Shown: positions 18,643-28,900, numbered from the stretch's first letter. The stretch: DNA of 64,000 nt from Akkermansiaceae bacterium (GCA_043716765.1 JAYSYA010000274.1:3082-67081); one strand, 5' to 3'. Made by a program: numbers and translations. The notes: a model not told the origin generated them from the sequence alone.

Positions 18643-18731
18643 CGATTTGATTCACCGCCCCTGCCGCTGGATTGGGGGTGCCCGGCCGCTTCCGTGAGCT
18701 TGCCCTCTCCGGCAGGCTGACTGTGGTGGTA

Positions 18732-18906
18732 TCAGGCGACGGCTCGCTTGGGGAGCAACTTGAACAAATCTTCAAAGCGATCCAGCGTGAACGGCGTGCG
18801 CTTACCGACTTTCAGATCAGTCGCACGCGGCATAGACCTTCGAATCCAGCGAGGTCGCGGTGACGGTCTTTTTCGGGGCGGTTTTCTTGGCGCGTCTGGC
18901 GGGCAT
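18732..18906 (-). pseudogene. hsdM: Second HsdM deletion scar (N-terminus joined to near C-terminus)
   Basis: MPARRAKKTAPKKTVTATSLDSKVYAACD*, then in a shifted frame from about 18820, TDLKVGKRTPFTLDRFEDLFKLLPKRAVA*. Both resemble ends of EcoAI/EcoEI-like HsdM from memory. Confidence 0.6.
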
Positions 18907-18912
18907 GATGAA

Positions 18913-20364
18913 TCAGGAGGAAAGCCAGTAACAGGCGAGCGGAGCGGGGATGGCGAGGATCTTCGCGTTCAGCAACTCGCGTTCGCGGCCTTGCTTGGCC
19001 GAAGGAACATCGAACAGGCCGAAGTCCTCCCAACGCCGGGAAATGATGTAGCCGTGCTCGACCTTTTGGTTTTCGAGAAACAAGCGCAGGCCTTTGAACT
19101 TCCCGAGATCGAGCGGGCTATCCTGGTATTTTACCTCGAAAGGTACCAGGCGGTCGCCGATTTCAGCGATCAAATCCACTTCCAAATCCTTGTTAGCCTT
19201 GTCCCGCCAATAGGTGAAAACCGGTTGGTCCTCGTAGTAGCGGGTGAAGACGTGTTTGAAAAAAGCCGTCTCCACCGCGGCTCCCAGCCGGTCGGGCCGC
19301 TCCAACAGTTTCCGGCCGAGCAACAGCACCGACCCGGGCAGCGCGGCGTCCGCCAGATAGATTTTAGGCTTTCCGCGCAGGATCTCCTTGCCATAGCCGT
19401 GCGGGCGGAGCCGATAGATCAGGTGGGTGGACTCGAATAGATCGAGGAAGTTGTTCACCGAGTTCCGGTTCACGCCGTCCAGCTCGCGGGAAAGCGCGGC
19501 AACGTCGAGGATGCCGCCATCGTGGTAGCACAAATAGAGGAAAATCTTCTCCACCTCCAGCACCCGGCGCACGCCGTAGAGCGCGGTCATGTCGCGCTTC
19601 AACACCTTGTCCACGATGTCCTCGCGCAGCAGCCGCTGGCAGCGCGTTAGATCAGAAACGCTGGCCGGTTCCGGGAATCCGCCGCGCAGGAGGTAGTCAT
19701 GGAAATGCGGAGTCAGCGACTTCGCCTGGGCTGCCGTGCGGGCGAAGTCGCCGGGGCTCCAGTCGAAACACTGTTTCAGTGACTTCACCATCGGCACCGG
19801 GCCGGGATCGATCCCGCGCAGTTTGAGAAACTCCCCGAAGGAAAGCGTAGCCAGCGGCAATGTCTGCCAACGTCCGACCCCGGATTCCGCCTGCGCGGCA
19901 TGAAGCGGGCTGGCCGAGCCCGTCACCACGATCCGCCGCCCGCGCTTGAAATCGACCTGGTGCTTCAGCCACGTCTGCCACTCCGAGACATACTGGATTT
20001 CATCGAGAAACAGCCATTGCGGCTGCCCTGCGGTGGGCGGGAAAAGCTCTTCCCATGCCGCCAAGGTGCGCTCCAGCCCGGCGAGCTTTAGAATGGGATG
20101 GTCGAAAGTGGCGTAGAGGATGTTTCCGGTGGGCGGGCCATTTCCCACCAGATTGCGGATCGCTTGGCGCAGCAAGGTGGTTTTCCCGGTCTGCCGCGCT
20201 CCGCTCAGAACGAGCGCCCGGCGCGATTCCGTGTCGTTGATCCACGCCCGGATCGGCACGCTCGCCGATCGTTCCCAATCCGGCAGGTCGGATACGGGCA
20301 GCCCGGTCCACCAAGGATTGAACTCCTGGAGGACGGCGAAAAGTTCGGCTTTGGGCAGTTCCAT
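18913..20364 (-). CDS. AAA_14 ATPase with DUF4143 / PD-(D/E)XK-like C-terminus
   Basis: GARQTGKTT, LFLDEIQY, VTGSAS, RGGFPE, PKIYLADAAL, GAAVETAFF, EVDL...FEVKY. Confidence 0.9.
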   Translation of the reverse strand: MELPKAELFAVLQEFNPWWTGLPVSDLPDWERSASVPIRAWINDTESRRALVLSGARQTGKTTLLRQAIRNLVGNGPPTGNILYATFDHPILKLAGLERTLAAWEELFPPTAGQPQWLFLDEIQYVSEWQTWLKHQVDFKRGRRIVVTGSASPLHAAQAESGVGRWQTLPLATLSFGEFLKLRGIDPGPVPMVKSLKQCFDWSPGDFARTAAQAKSLTPHFHDYLLRGGFPEPASVSDLTRCQRLLREDIVDKVLKRDMTALYGVRRVLEVEKIFLYLCYHDGGILDVAALSRELDGVNRNSVNNFLDLFESTHLIYRLRPHGYGKEILRGKPKIYLADAALPGSVLLLGRKLLERPDRLGAAVETAFFKHVFTRYYEDQPVFTYWRDKANKDLEVDLIAEIGDRLVPFEVKYQDSPLDLGKFKGLRLFLENQKVEHGYIISRRWEDFGLFDVPSAKQGRERELLNAKILAIPAPLACYWLSS

Positions 20365-20422
20365 GCTTAATTCGCCTGTTTATGCTCTCTATAAAGAGCT
20401 TAATCCAGCCGATTATGCTTTT

Positions 20423-21042
20423 TTACGAAAAAACCCGTCTCAACGCGGCGGCCGGGAGGGACTTGATGGCTTTCAACTCGGCGCGCGCCGCGGTGAGGAT
20501 TTCCGTGGCGGCGGTGAGGCGGGCGTCGAGTTGCATAGTGAGATTGTCCTGCTGCTTGCGGCTCGGAAGGCAGACGTGAAACTCCCGTGCAGCGGGCATG
20601 TAAATGGTTTGATGGATCGCGCCGGACGACTTGGTTTCCATGTAGGCCTTCGATGCGCGCAGGGCCTGCATGAGGAAACGAGGTGCCAGATCGCTGCCGC
20701 AGATCCAGTTGAAGAAATGCTGACGGTGGCCATCGGTCGGCCTGCCCATGATTGTTGTGAAGCCGACTTGAACATCACGGCCGAAGACGACGGTGTCTTT
20801 GGGGAGAATGCGGGCGGACGAATTCTTAATTCCCAGAGGATTGGTGTAGCCTTTGGTCTCCATCGCCACCTTTGCCGTCGATGGCGCGGATGTCGGGGAA
20901 GGAAACCCAGGGAATTTCGCCGCCCCAACCCGGTTGGCGGCGGCTGGGGGTGTGACCGGATTTGAGACCGGCCTGGGTGGCAAGCCGCTGCCACGACCCA
21001 CCCGCCGAGCCGCAATCAATCCATCGTGTTTTTCCCGCTCAT
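20423..21042 (-). pseudogene. hsdS: Type I R-M specificity subunit remnant (single TRD, frameshift near 20870)
   Basis: KSGHTPSRRQPGWGGEIPWVSFPDIRAIDGK, +1 frameshift, then VAMETKGYTNPLGIKNSSARILPKDTV...LPSRKQQ...KSLPAAALRRVFS*. ATG 21042 overlaps the TGA of the duplicated hsdR end; most of the first TRD is missing. Confidence 0.78.
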
Positions 21043-21048
21043 GCGGCT

Positions 21049-21077
21049 AACAACCTCCGTTTGGTTTCCATGACGAG
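21049..21077 (-). repeat. hsdR 3'-end direct repeat, copy A
   Basis: AACAACCTCCGTTTGGTTTCCATGACGAG (29 bp) is identical to 21947-21975; weaker similarity extends about 25 bp further. The minus strand reads LVMETKRRL. Confidence 0.92.
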
Positions 21078-21116
21078 CCAGGCGGGATTGGCGGAGGCTT
21101 TGGCCGGATGGTTTTC

Positions 21117-21551
21117 TCATACCGCTTTAAGGAGTTGGAGGTCGGGGAGTGAATAGGATTTGAAGCCTGCATCGAAGGTAACGAAGGCAAGGTCCGCGGT
21201 TTTCGCCCAAGCGGCGAGATAGGCGTCCATCCAAAGCTTGGGCGAGGCCGTGCGCCCGGCGATGTGTTGCCGCCATGCCCCGTCGAGCCCGGCGGGTTCC
21301 ATGGGCAGGTAGGCGGTGCGGATGTCACCGACGAGTTTTTCCCAAACGTGCCAGGCATCGTCGGGGGTGTGTGTGTCGTCCCCCATGACGCTGCGGTTGA
21401 TGAGCAGGCGGAGGACGGTTTGCTGGAGCGGCCGGCACCAGCAGCAGGTTGCGGCAGGGCGCTCGCTCCACCAGTCAATGGCTGCGGCGTGATGTTGGTG
21501 GCTCTCGACGAGGATGGGCAGCCAGACGTTGGCGTCAACGAGGGCGGGCAT
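21117..21551 (-). CDS. vapC: VapC-type PIN domain toxin (TIGR00028-like)
   Basis: MPALVDANVWL, SHQHHAAA..WW, LWMDAYLAA, FVTFDAGF acidic PIN residues. Confidence 0.88.
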   Translation of the reverse strand: MPALVDANVWLPILVESHQHHAAAIDWWSERPAATCCWCRPLQQTVLRLLINRSVMGDDTHTPDDAWHVWEKLVGDIRTAYLPMEPAGLDGAWRQHIAGRTASPKLWMDAYLAAWAKTADLAFVTFDAGFKSYSLPDLQLLKAV

Positions 21552-21882
21552 GGGCGGCGAGTTCTTCTTGATCCATTTCCTCAAGCGCTTGCTCGACGGC
21601 TGCGGCGGGGATTTGCGGTGCTCCTTTTCTGGCTGGGATCAGCGGACCGCTGAGGCGGTAGCCCTGTGGGTAAGCCATACGCAGGCTCTCGGCGTCCCGA
21701 TGGCGGCTCAGTTGGGCCGGGGTAACGACCGGGATTTCGGCAGTGGTCCGCGAGCTACCACCCTCATCAAGCCATTTCTGAAAAAGATCCGCAGCCACCT
21801 CGCGGATGCGCCGCCCTTCTTCGGCCGTGCGGGCCTTGACCCGCCGGTAAAGGTCGTCCGGAATGTCGATGGTTGCCTTCAT
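21535..21882 (-). CDS. Ribbon-helix-helix antitoxin (VapB-like)
   Basis: MKATIDIPDDLYRRVKARTAEEG RHH start. Lies immediately upstream of the PIN gene and overlaps it. Confidence 0.82.
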   Translation of the reverse strand: MKATIDIPDDLYRRVKARTAEEGRRIREVAADLFQKWLDEGGSSRTTAEIPVVTPAQLSRHRDAESLRMAYPQGYRLSGPLIPARKGAPQIPAAAVEQALEEMDQEELAAHARPR

Positions 21883-21936
21883 GGATGGCAAGTTAGCTGG
21901 TTTCCTGTATCGCGTCAAGGTAGGCGGTGGGTGTCA

Positions 21937-22368
21937 TCAGGCGACGAACAACCTCCGTTTGGTTTCCATGACGAGTTGGGCGGGATGGCCGTGAGCCTGG
22001 AGGGCGGCGAGGCCGCCGGCGCGTTTGACGGCGGGGACGTCGAAGAGATCGGGGAATTCCAGGCCCGACGAGGGCGAGCAGCACGCCTTCGGTGGTGTTT
22101 CCGAAACCGGCGAGCCAGGCGGCATTAGCGGCGGCGAAGGCTTCCACGCGGTGGAGGCGGGCGCGGCGAGCTTTACCTTGTAGTCGGCCACTGAGACGGG
22201 CATCGCCTTGCCATCGACCTCGGCGACGAACGAGATGCCGCCATCGAGGATTTCCACGGTGACGCCACGGGCCTCGACTTTGATCGGGACGGGATTTCCA
22301 CCGCCTTCTTCCTCACTATCAGACGCGGGCGTTTTTCTCCGGGTGGCCATCCTTGACCGCGGCGGCAT
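21937..22368 (-). pseudogene. hsdR: Type I R-M restriction subunit C-terminal remnant with internal deletions and frameshifts
   Basis: IKVEARGV...VDGKAMPVSVADYKVKLAA / RVEAFAAANAAWLAGF / GLEFPDLFDVPAVKRAGGLAALQAHGHPAQLVMETKRRLFVA*, spread over two frames. Matches recalled EcoEI-type HsdR C-termini. Confidence 0.65.
21947..21975 (-). repeat. hsdR 3'-end direct repeat, copy B
   Basis: Exact 29-bp match to 21049-21077. Confidence 0.92.
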
Positions 22369-22414
22369 TCGAGCCGAAGACGGTTACACTGTCGTCGCCG
22401 GCGCGCGGCTTTTT

Positions 22415-23794
22415 TTAGAAGTGAATCGCGTGGCCTTCCGCCGCGAGGGTCGCCTCGTGGATGACTTCCGACATCGTCGGATGGGCGTGGATGGTGGCGT
22501 GGATTTCGGCACTGGTTAGCTCTTGGTCGAGGGCGAGTCCCATTTCGGCGATGAGCTCGGTGGCGTTCTCGCCGATGATGTGCGCGCCTAGCAGTTCGCC
22601 GTGTTTCTTGCCGTAAAGGAGCTTGGCGAATCCGTCCGGCTCACCGGAGGCGATGGCCTTGCCGATGGCGACGAACGGGATTTTCCCGACGGTGTATTCG
22701 ATGCCTTCTGCCTTGAGCGCGCGCTCGGTTTTCCCAACAGAAGCGACTTGCGGGTGGCAATAGGTGCAGCCGGGGAAATTGGTGACTTTGCGCGGCTTGT
22801 GGCCTTCGAGATACAAGCCTTCGACACACTGCACGGCTTCGAACGATGCGACGTGGGCGAGCCATGGCGGGCCGTTGATGTCGCCGGCGGCGTAAACTCC
22901 GGGGATGGAGGTTTCGTAGCGATCGCCGCATTTGATGTAGCCGCGGTCGAGCTCGGGCTCCAAGCCGCCGGGAAGCACGGGCTGGATGCCGATGGCGACC
23001 AGGCAGACTTCGGCGCTGAGCGTGCCGTTTTCCTTGGGACCTTCCACCGTGAGTTCGACGTGGGTGCCCTTGTCCACCGCGGCGGTGATCTTGGTGTTCG
23101 TGAGGCAGCGGATGCCTTGCTTGATGAGGGATTTTTCCAAGGCGTCGCCCACTTCGTCGTCCTCGACGGGGAGGATCCGCGGGGCCATTTCGACGAGCGT
23201 CACCTTGGTGCCGAAGGCATTGTAAATGTAGGCGAATTCGACGCCGATCGCGCCCGCGCCGATGATCAGCATCTCCTTCGGCTGCTGCGGGAGGTTCATC
23301 GCCTCCTTGGAGCCGATGACGGATTTGCCGTTGAACGGCAGGCCGGGAAGGGGGCGGCTTTTGCAACCGGTGGCGACGAGGATGTCCTTGGTTTCAAGGA
23401 GCTGGCGCGAGCCGTCGTTGCCGACCACGCCGACCTTGCCGGTGCCTTCGACCGAGCCGAAGCCGCGGACGTAGGCGATGCCGTTCTTTTTAAGCAGATA
23501 CTCAATGCCGCCGGCGAGGCGGTCGGAAACCTTGCGCGAGCGACCGACCACGGCGGACCAGTCGTAGGAAAGCCCTTCGATTTTCAAACCAAACTCAGCG
23601 GCCTTGTGGGTGAGCATGTGATAGACCTCGGCATTTTTGAGCAAGGCCTTGGTGGGAATGCAGCCCCAGTTGAGACAGGTGCCGCCAGCGCGGTCCGCTT
23701 CGACGCAGGCGACTTTTTTTCCAAGTTGGGCGGCGCGGATGGCGGCGACGTAGCCGGCAGGGCCGCCACCGATGACAATGAGATCGTAGGCCAT
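22415..23794 (-). CDS. lpdA: Dihydrolipoyl dehydrogenase
   Basis: GGGPAGY, GGTCLNWGCIP redox disulfide, GAGAIG, HAHPTMSE. Confidence 0.96.
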   Translation of the reverse strand: MAYDLIVIGGGPAGYVAAIRAAQLGKKVACVEADRAGGTCLNWGCIPTKALLKNAEVYHMLTHKAAEFGLKIEGLSYDWSAVVGRSRKVSDRLAGGIEYLLKKNGIAYVRGFGSVEGTGKVGVVGNDGSRQLLETKDILVATGCKSRPLPGLPFNGKSVIGSKEAMNLPQQPKEMLIIGAGAIGVEFAYIYNAFGTKVTLVEMAPRILPVEDDEVGDALEKSLIKQGIRCLTNTKITAAVDKGTHVELTVEGPKENGTLSAEVCLVAIGIQPVLPGGLEPELDRGYIKCGDRYETSIPGVYAAGDINGPPWLAHVASFEAVQCVEGLYLEGHKPRKVTNFPGCTYCHPQVASVGKTERALKAEGIEYTVGKIPFVAIGKAIASGEPDGFAKLLYGKKHGELLGAHIIGENATELIAEMGLALDQELTSAEIHATIHAHPTMSEVIHEATLAAEGHAIHF

Positions 23795-23932
23795 ATGATT
23801 TGATTTGTGGAGGATTGCTTGGGGAAACTGTCGCGACGACCAGGGATTGTCAAAGATGGAAAGGCGGAAATAGCATCCTCCGAAACTTCATTGTTTCCCA
23901 TTTCCGCAGATCCCGGCAGGCTGCGGCCAACG

Positions 23933-26900
23933 ATGAAAATCCTCCACAAGAACCTGCTCATTCTCGCTTCCGCCGGCTCTGGAAAGACCTTCCAGCTGGC
24001 GAACCGGGTGATCGGGCTGGTGGCGATGGGCGTGGCGCCGGAAAAGATCGTGGCGCTGACATTTACCCGCAAGGCCGCCGGAGAATTCGCGGACTCGGTG
24101 CTGACCAAGCTGGCGGCGGCCGCCAGCGACGAGCCAAAAGCCGCCGCACTACGCAAGGATTTGGCACTGCCGGACGCGGACTTCGCGGAGTCGCTGGAGC
24201 GGGTGGTCCGCGCCTTGCCGCGGCTCACGCTGGGGACGATGGATGGCTTTTTCGCCAAGGTCGTGCGCGGTTTTCAATATGAGCTCGGAATGACCGGCGG
24301 AAAATTTGAGCTGTTGGAAGGACCGCGGGCGGCAGCGGCGGCGGATGAAATTCTCGCCACGATGCTCGGCGAAACGTTGGAAGACGGAACCGGGGACGAT
24401 TTCCTGCACGCGTTCCGCCGGGCGACCATCGGCAAGGAAGACCAGAAAGTATTAGATGGTTTGCGCGACTTCGTGCAGAGCTGGCAGAGCCGCTTCCGCG
24501 CCGCGCACGGCCTGGAGTGGGGACCCGCAAGTCTCGCAGGTGTCGAGCTGGAGGATTGGGAAAAACACAAACACGACCTCGCCGCCAAGATCTCGCGCGG
24601 GCTCGACGGCATTGATTACACCGAAAAGCGCCAGCGTGAGGCCTTGGAGAAGGTGATAGAAAACCTTGTGAATCACACCATTGGCAGCGGCAGTCTCGGC
24701 GGGTCTGTTAGTCTGCTCGCTAACATTCTGGAGGCGGCTGGCAACGGGAACGGGTCGATGTCGGTGAAGTTTTACAAGGAGTTCATCATCGGCGGTCCGG
24801 CGGGCGAGGCACTCCGCAGCATGGTGAAGCTCGCGGCCCATTGCGAAATGGCGGCGGCACTCCACCGGACCCGCGCCGTGCGCGAGGTGGTCTCGGGCTA
24901 TGACGCCCGCTGCGAAAAACAACTTCGCCGCCGCGGCCTGCTCGGCTTTGACGACGTCAAAGTCCTGATGGGCGAGTGGGTCAAAGGCGAGGACGCGAGG
25001 TTGCGGCGCGAGGCCGTGGATTTCCGTCTCGACGCTCGCTACGAGCATTGGCTGCTGGATGAGTTTCAAGATACCAGTCGGTCGGACTGGATGGGACTGC
25101 TCCCACTCATCGACGAAGCGGCGGGCGAAGGCGAGGGCACGATGTTCATCGTGGGTGATCGCAAACAGGCGATTTACGCGTGGCGCGGCGGCGAGGTCGG
25201 ATTGTTTGGCGAGGTGATCGACCGCTATCAAGGCGGTTTGGAAATCGAGCCGATGGCGGAGTCCTGGCGTTCGTGCCCCGAGGTTTTAGCCTTGGTGAAC
25301 CAGGTCTGCGGGGATGCGACGACGCTGCGGGAGCTGTTCGGCGACGCCGCGGCCAAGTGGGAATGGCAGAAGCATGCTTCCGCAGAGCCATTGGCCTGTC
25401 CGACCCAATGCGGAGAGGCACGGGTGGAAGTGGTGGATGGGAAATGGGAGGAACGCTTGGAACGGCTGGGTGCATTACTCGACGAGCTCGGCGTCGGCAA
25501 GCGACCGATGACTTGCGGCGTGCTGGTGCGCAGTAACTCGATGGTGCGGGAGGTGGCGGACCATCTGCGGGCGAGGGGGCTGGATGTCATCGAGGAAGGC
25601 CGCCGCGAGCCGGCGAAGGACAATCCCGTAGGTATCGCGCTCGGGCATTTGCTCAAGTGGTTGGCAAATCCGGCGGACGCCTTCGCCCGCGAAGTTGTGG
25701 AAATGTCACCGCTGGCAGTCACCCTGAGGACCAGGTTTGGCGAACATTGGCAACAGGTCTGGGAGGGTCTGCTAGGACTCGCCTCGGAATCAGGTTTCGC
25801 CGGGATGATCGGAAAAGTGCTGGAAGACAACTGGACGGATTGGTCGGATTTCGGCCGCCGCCGCGCCGGAGATATTATGTCGGCGCTCGCCGGACTCGAC
25901 GCGCAGGGCGGAGCGACTCCGCAACAAGCTGCGGAATGGATCGGGCGACTCGAAGTGTCGCAAAGTCCGGGGATCGCCGCCGTGCAAGTGATGACTATTC
26001 ACAAGGCAAAGGGCCTCGGCTTCGACGTGGTGGTGCTGCCGGAGGTTCCTAACGACGGGCTGCCGTCATCGCAATATTTCGACGTGGCCGAGGCAGGCGG
26101 CTGGATCACCCAAACCCCGCCGAAGTGGGCGCGGGAGCTGATTCCGGAAATGCGCGCGGCGGAAGCGGAGTGGGCTGCGAGCCAGCGCTACGAGGCGTTC
26201 TGCATGCTTTACGTGGCTCTAACCCGCTCGAAACGCGGGCTTTATATCCTGCTGGAGCCCCCTGCCAAATCCCAACTGCCCGACAAACCATCGCTGGCTA
26301 ACTGGCTGGCGAGATCAATCTCCGCAACGGGCGAAGTCGGGGTGGCCTATCAGTCGGGGTCGCCGGGCTGGGTGGAGACCATTTCTCCATCAAGAATCCC
26401 TGAGGATATCGTTGCGGCGCCCCCGCTTGCCGCCGGTGTGATCCGCCGCGAACGAACGACGCCGAGTGGCGCGAAGAAAAAAGCGGCCGCTGCGGTGACA
26501 CATTCCGCGAGCGGAATGAAGTTCGGCAGCGAGGTCCACATCGCCTTCGAACAAGTTGGCTGGGTGGACGAAACGACCCCCGATCTACCCGCGAGCGACG
26601 CCGGGCTACTGGTGGCTGATTTGCTGCAAATCCCGGATTTGAGGAAACTCTTCGAGCGCGACGGACAAGCGGTGGAGCTGTTTCGCGAACAAGCGGTGGA
26701 CGCGGTGCTCGATGGCAAATGGCTCAGCGGGGTGATCGACCGGCTTCACCTCCACCGCGACGCTGCCGGCGTGGTGGACCGCGTGCGGGTGATTGATTTC
26801 AAAACCGATGGGCTGGATAAGATCACGGAACTGGTCGAGAGGTATTCCGGCCAGATGCAAGCCTATCGAGAAGTGATGGAACGGGCCTACCCCGCCGCGC

Positions 26901-26953
26901 GAGTCGAGTGCGTTCTTCTTTCCACACGCTCCCGCGAACACATTTCTATCTGA
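23933..26953 (+). CDS. addA: AddA/RecB-like UvrD helicase-nuclease
   Basis: ASAGSGKT, LTFTRKAAGE, LLDEFQDT, VGDRKQAIY, MTIHKAKGLGF, LYVALTRSK; C-terminal SGVIDRL...IDFKTD nuclease. Confidence 0.88.
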   Translation: MKILHKNLLILASAGSGKTFQLANRVIGLVAMGVAPEKIVALTFTRKAAGEFADSVLTKLAAAASDEPKAAALRKDLALPDADFAESLERVVRALPRLTLGTMDGFFAKVVRGFQYELGMTGGKFELLEGPRAAAAADEILATMLGETLEDGTGDDFLHAFRRATIGKEDQKVLDGLRDFVQSWQSRFRAAHGLEWGPASLAGVELEDWEKHKHDLAAKISRGLDGIDYTEKRQREALEKVIENLVNHTIGSGSLGGSVSLLANILEAAGNGNGSMSVKFYKEFIIGGPAGEALRSMVKLAAHCEMAAALHRTRAVREVVSGYDARCEKQLRRRGLLGFDDVKVLMGEWVKGEDARLRREAVDFRLDARYEHWLLDEFQDTSRSDWMGLLPLIDEAAGEGEGTMFIVGDRKQAIYAWRGGEVGLFGEVIDRYQGGLEIEPMAESWRSCPEVLALVNQVCGDATTLRELFGDAAAKWEWQKHASAEPLACPTQCGEARVEVVDGKWEERLERLGALLDELGVGKRPMTCGVLVRSNSMVREVADHLRARGLDVIEEGRREPAKDNPVGIALGHLLKWLANPADAFAREVVEMSPLAVTLRTRFGEHWQQVWEGLLGLASESGFAGMIGKVLEDNWTDWSDFGRRRAGDIMSALAGLDAQGGATPQQAAEWIGRLEVSQSPGIAAVQVMTIHKAKGLGFDVVVLPEVPNDGLPSSQYFDVAEAGGWITQTPPKWARELIPEMRAAEAEWAASQRYEAFCMLYVALTRSKRGLYILLEPPAKSQLPDKPSLANWLARSISATGEVGVAYQSGSPGWVETISPSRIPEDIVAAPPLAAGVIRRERTTPSGAKKKAAAAVTHSASGMKFGSEVHIAFEQVGWVDETTPDLPASDAGLLVADLLQIPDLRKLFERDGQAVELFREQAVDAVLDGKWLSGVIDRLHLHRDAAGVVDRVRVIDFKTDGLDKITELVERYSGQMQAYREVMERAYPAARVECVLLSTRSREHISI

Positions 26954-27054
26954 TTGATGGAGCGCTGCGCGACCCTGCGGATTTTTGAGAAATTCCGCGC
27001 TATTCTCCGCATGGGATTGCCATTGCCGAGCTTTGCCCTCTTAGTGATATCGCT

Positions 27055-28896
27055 ATGAGTCAATCAATCGAAACCTCTCACCTACCCTTGCAAAAATGGG
27101 TCGCTGCAATGACCGCCCTCTGCACCCCCGAAACGGTCGAGTGGTGCGACGGTTCGCAAGCAGAGTGGGACCGTCTGACGACGCTGATGGTGGACAAGGG
27201 GACCTTCACCCGCCTCAATCCTGCCAAGCGCCCTAACTCGTTCCTCGCCCGCTCGACACCGTCCGACGTCGCCCGCGTGGAAGACCGCACCTATATCTGT
27301 TCGAAACGCCGCGACGAAGCTGGCCCCACCAATCACTGGGCGGACCCCGCCGAGATGCGCACAAAGTTGAACGAAAAATTCAAAAGCGCCATGAAAGGGC
27401 GGACGATGTATGTCATCCCCTTCTGCATGGGTCCGCCCGACTCGCCGCTCGCCAAGATCGGCGTGGAAATTTCCGATAGTCCTTACGTGGTCGTCAACAT
27501 GCGGATCATGTGCCACATGGGTGCCCACGTCCTCAAGCGCCTCGAAGACGAAGCTAACGGCACGCTCGCCATTAAGCGCGACGGACACGGCCAGTTCATT
27601 CCCTGCCTCCACTCCGTCGGCGCGCCGCTTGAGCCCGGCCAAGCCGACTCCACCTGGCCCTGCTGCGATGACAAATACATCGTCCATTTTCCCGAGACCC
27701 GCGAGATCATGTCCTTCGGCTCGGGCTATGGCGGCAATGCCCTGCTAGGAAAAAAATGTCTTGCCCTGCGCATCGCTTCCAACATCGCCCGCGAGCACCA
27801 ATGGATGGCCGAGCACATGCTCATCGTCGGCATCCACGCGCCGAACGGCACCAAGAGCTACCTGACCGCCGCCTTCCCCTCCGCCTGCGGCAAAACCAAT
27901 CTTGCCATGCTCATCCCGCCCAAAGCCTATCTTGATGCGGGATGGAAGACCTCCATCGTCGGCGACGACATCGCCTGGCTGTGGCCTCATGCGGACGGCA
28001 AGCTCCACGCGATCAATCCGGAAACCGGCTTCTTCGGCGTGGCTCCCGGCACCGCTTACGAGACCAATCCCATCGCCATGGAGTCGATGAAGGAAAACAC
28101 CATTTTCACCAACGTCGCGCTAACGGATGACGGCGACGTCTGGTGGGAAGGCATGTCCCCGACCAAACCCGCGCACCTCATCGATTGGACCGGCAAGGAC
28201 TGGACGCCCGACTGCGGCCGCGCCGCCGCCCATGCCAACGCCCGCTTCACCGCGCCCGCCGTGCAGTGCCCGACCATCGACCCGGAGTGGCAAAATCCGG
28301 ACGGCGTGCCCATCGACGGCATCGTCTTCGGCGGCCGCCGCCCCACGACCATGCCGCTTGTCTATCAGGCATTCAACTGGAGCCACGGCGTTTACATCGG
28401 AGCCACCATGGGTTCGGAAATGACCGCCGCCGCCGCCGGCACCATCGGCAAGGTCCGCCGCGACCCGATGGCCATGCTGCCGTTCTGCGGCTATAACATG
28501 GGCGCGTATTTCGGCCATTGGCTGGAAATGCGCCGCTACCTGACCAGCCTGCCGCGCTTCTTCCACGTCAACTGGTTCCGCAAGGACGAAGACGGAAAAT
28601 TCCTGTGGCCCGGCTTCGGCGAGAACATGCGCGTCCTCGAATGGATCGTAAAACGCTGCCACGGTGCCGCCGCCGGCTACGAAACACAGATCGGTTGGAC
28701 TCCGGCGTTCGAGGATTTCAACATCGAAGGTCTCGAGGGCTTCAACCGCGAGAGCTACGACAAAGTCATGGCCTTCAACCGCGCGGAATGGAAGACGGAG
28801 CTCGTCAGCCAGGGAGAACTCTTCATCGACCTCTATGACGACCTGCCGAAGGAACTCATCTTCCAACGCGAGCTGCTAGCAGCGCGTCTGTCCTGA
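27055..28896 (+). CDS. pckG: Phosphoenolpyruvate carboxykinase (GTP)
   Basis: [57 protein letters not shown]. Confidence 0.97.
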   Translation: MSQSIETSHLPLQKWVAAMTALCTPETVEWCDGSQAEWDRLTTLMVDKGTFTRLNPAKRPNSFLARSTPSDVARVEDRTYICSKRRDEAGPTNHWADPAEMRTKLNEKFKSAMKGRTMYVIPFCMGPPDSPLAKIGVEISDSPYVVVNMRIMCHMGAHVLKRLEDEANGTLAIKRDGHGQFIPCLHSVGAPLEPGQADSTWPCCDDKYIVHFPETREIMSFGSGYGGNALLGKKCLALRIASNIAREHQWMAEHMLIVGIHAPNGTKSYLTAAFPSACGKTNLAMLIPPKAYLDAGWKTSIVGDDIAWLWPHADGKLHAINPETGFFGVAPGTAYETNPIAMESMKENTIFTNVALTDDGDVWWEGMSPTKPAHLIDWTGKDWTPDCGRAAAHANARFTAPAVQCPTIDPEWQNPDGVPIDGIVFGGRRPTTMPLVYQAFNWSHGVYIGATMGSEMTAAAAGTIGKVRRDPMAMLPFCGYNMGAYFGHWLEMRRYLTSLPRFFHVNWFRKDEDGKFLWPGFGENMRVLEWIVKRCHGAAAGYETQIGWTPAFEDFNIEGLEGFNRESYDKVMAFNRAEWKTELVSQGELFIDLYDDLPKELIFQRELLAARLS

Positions 28897-28900
28897 GATG

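Noticed and set aside
8404-22414. Island considered as a prophage or ICE
   Set aside because: No integrase, relaxase, conjugation or phage structural gene and no tRNA attachment site was recognised in the window.
22601-23803. 400-aa plus-strand ORF
   Set aside because: Antisense shadow of lpdA; typical of high-GC codon bias, with no family motifs.
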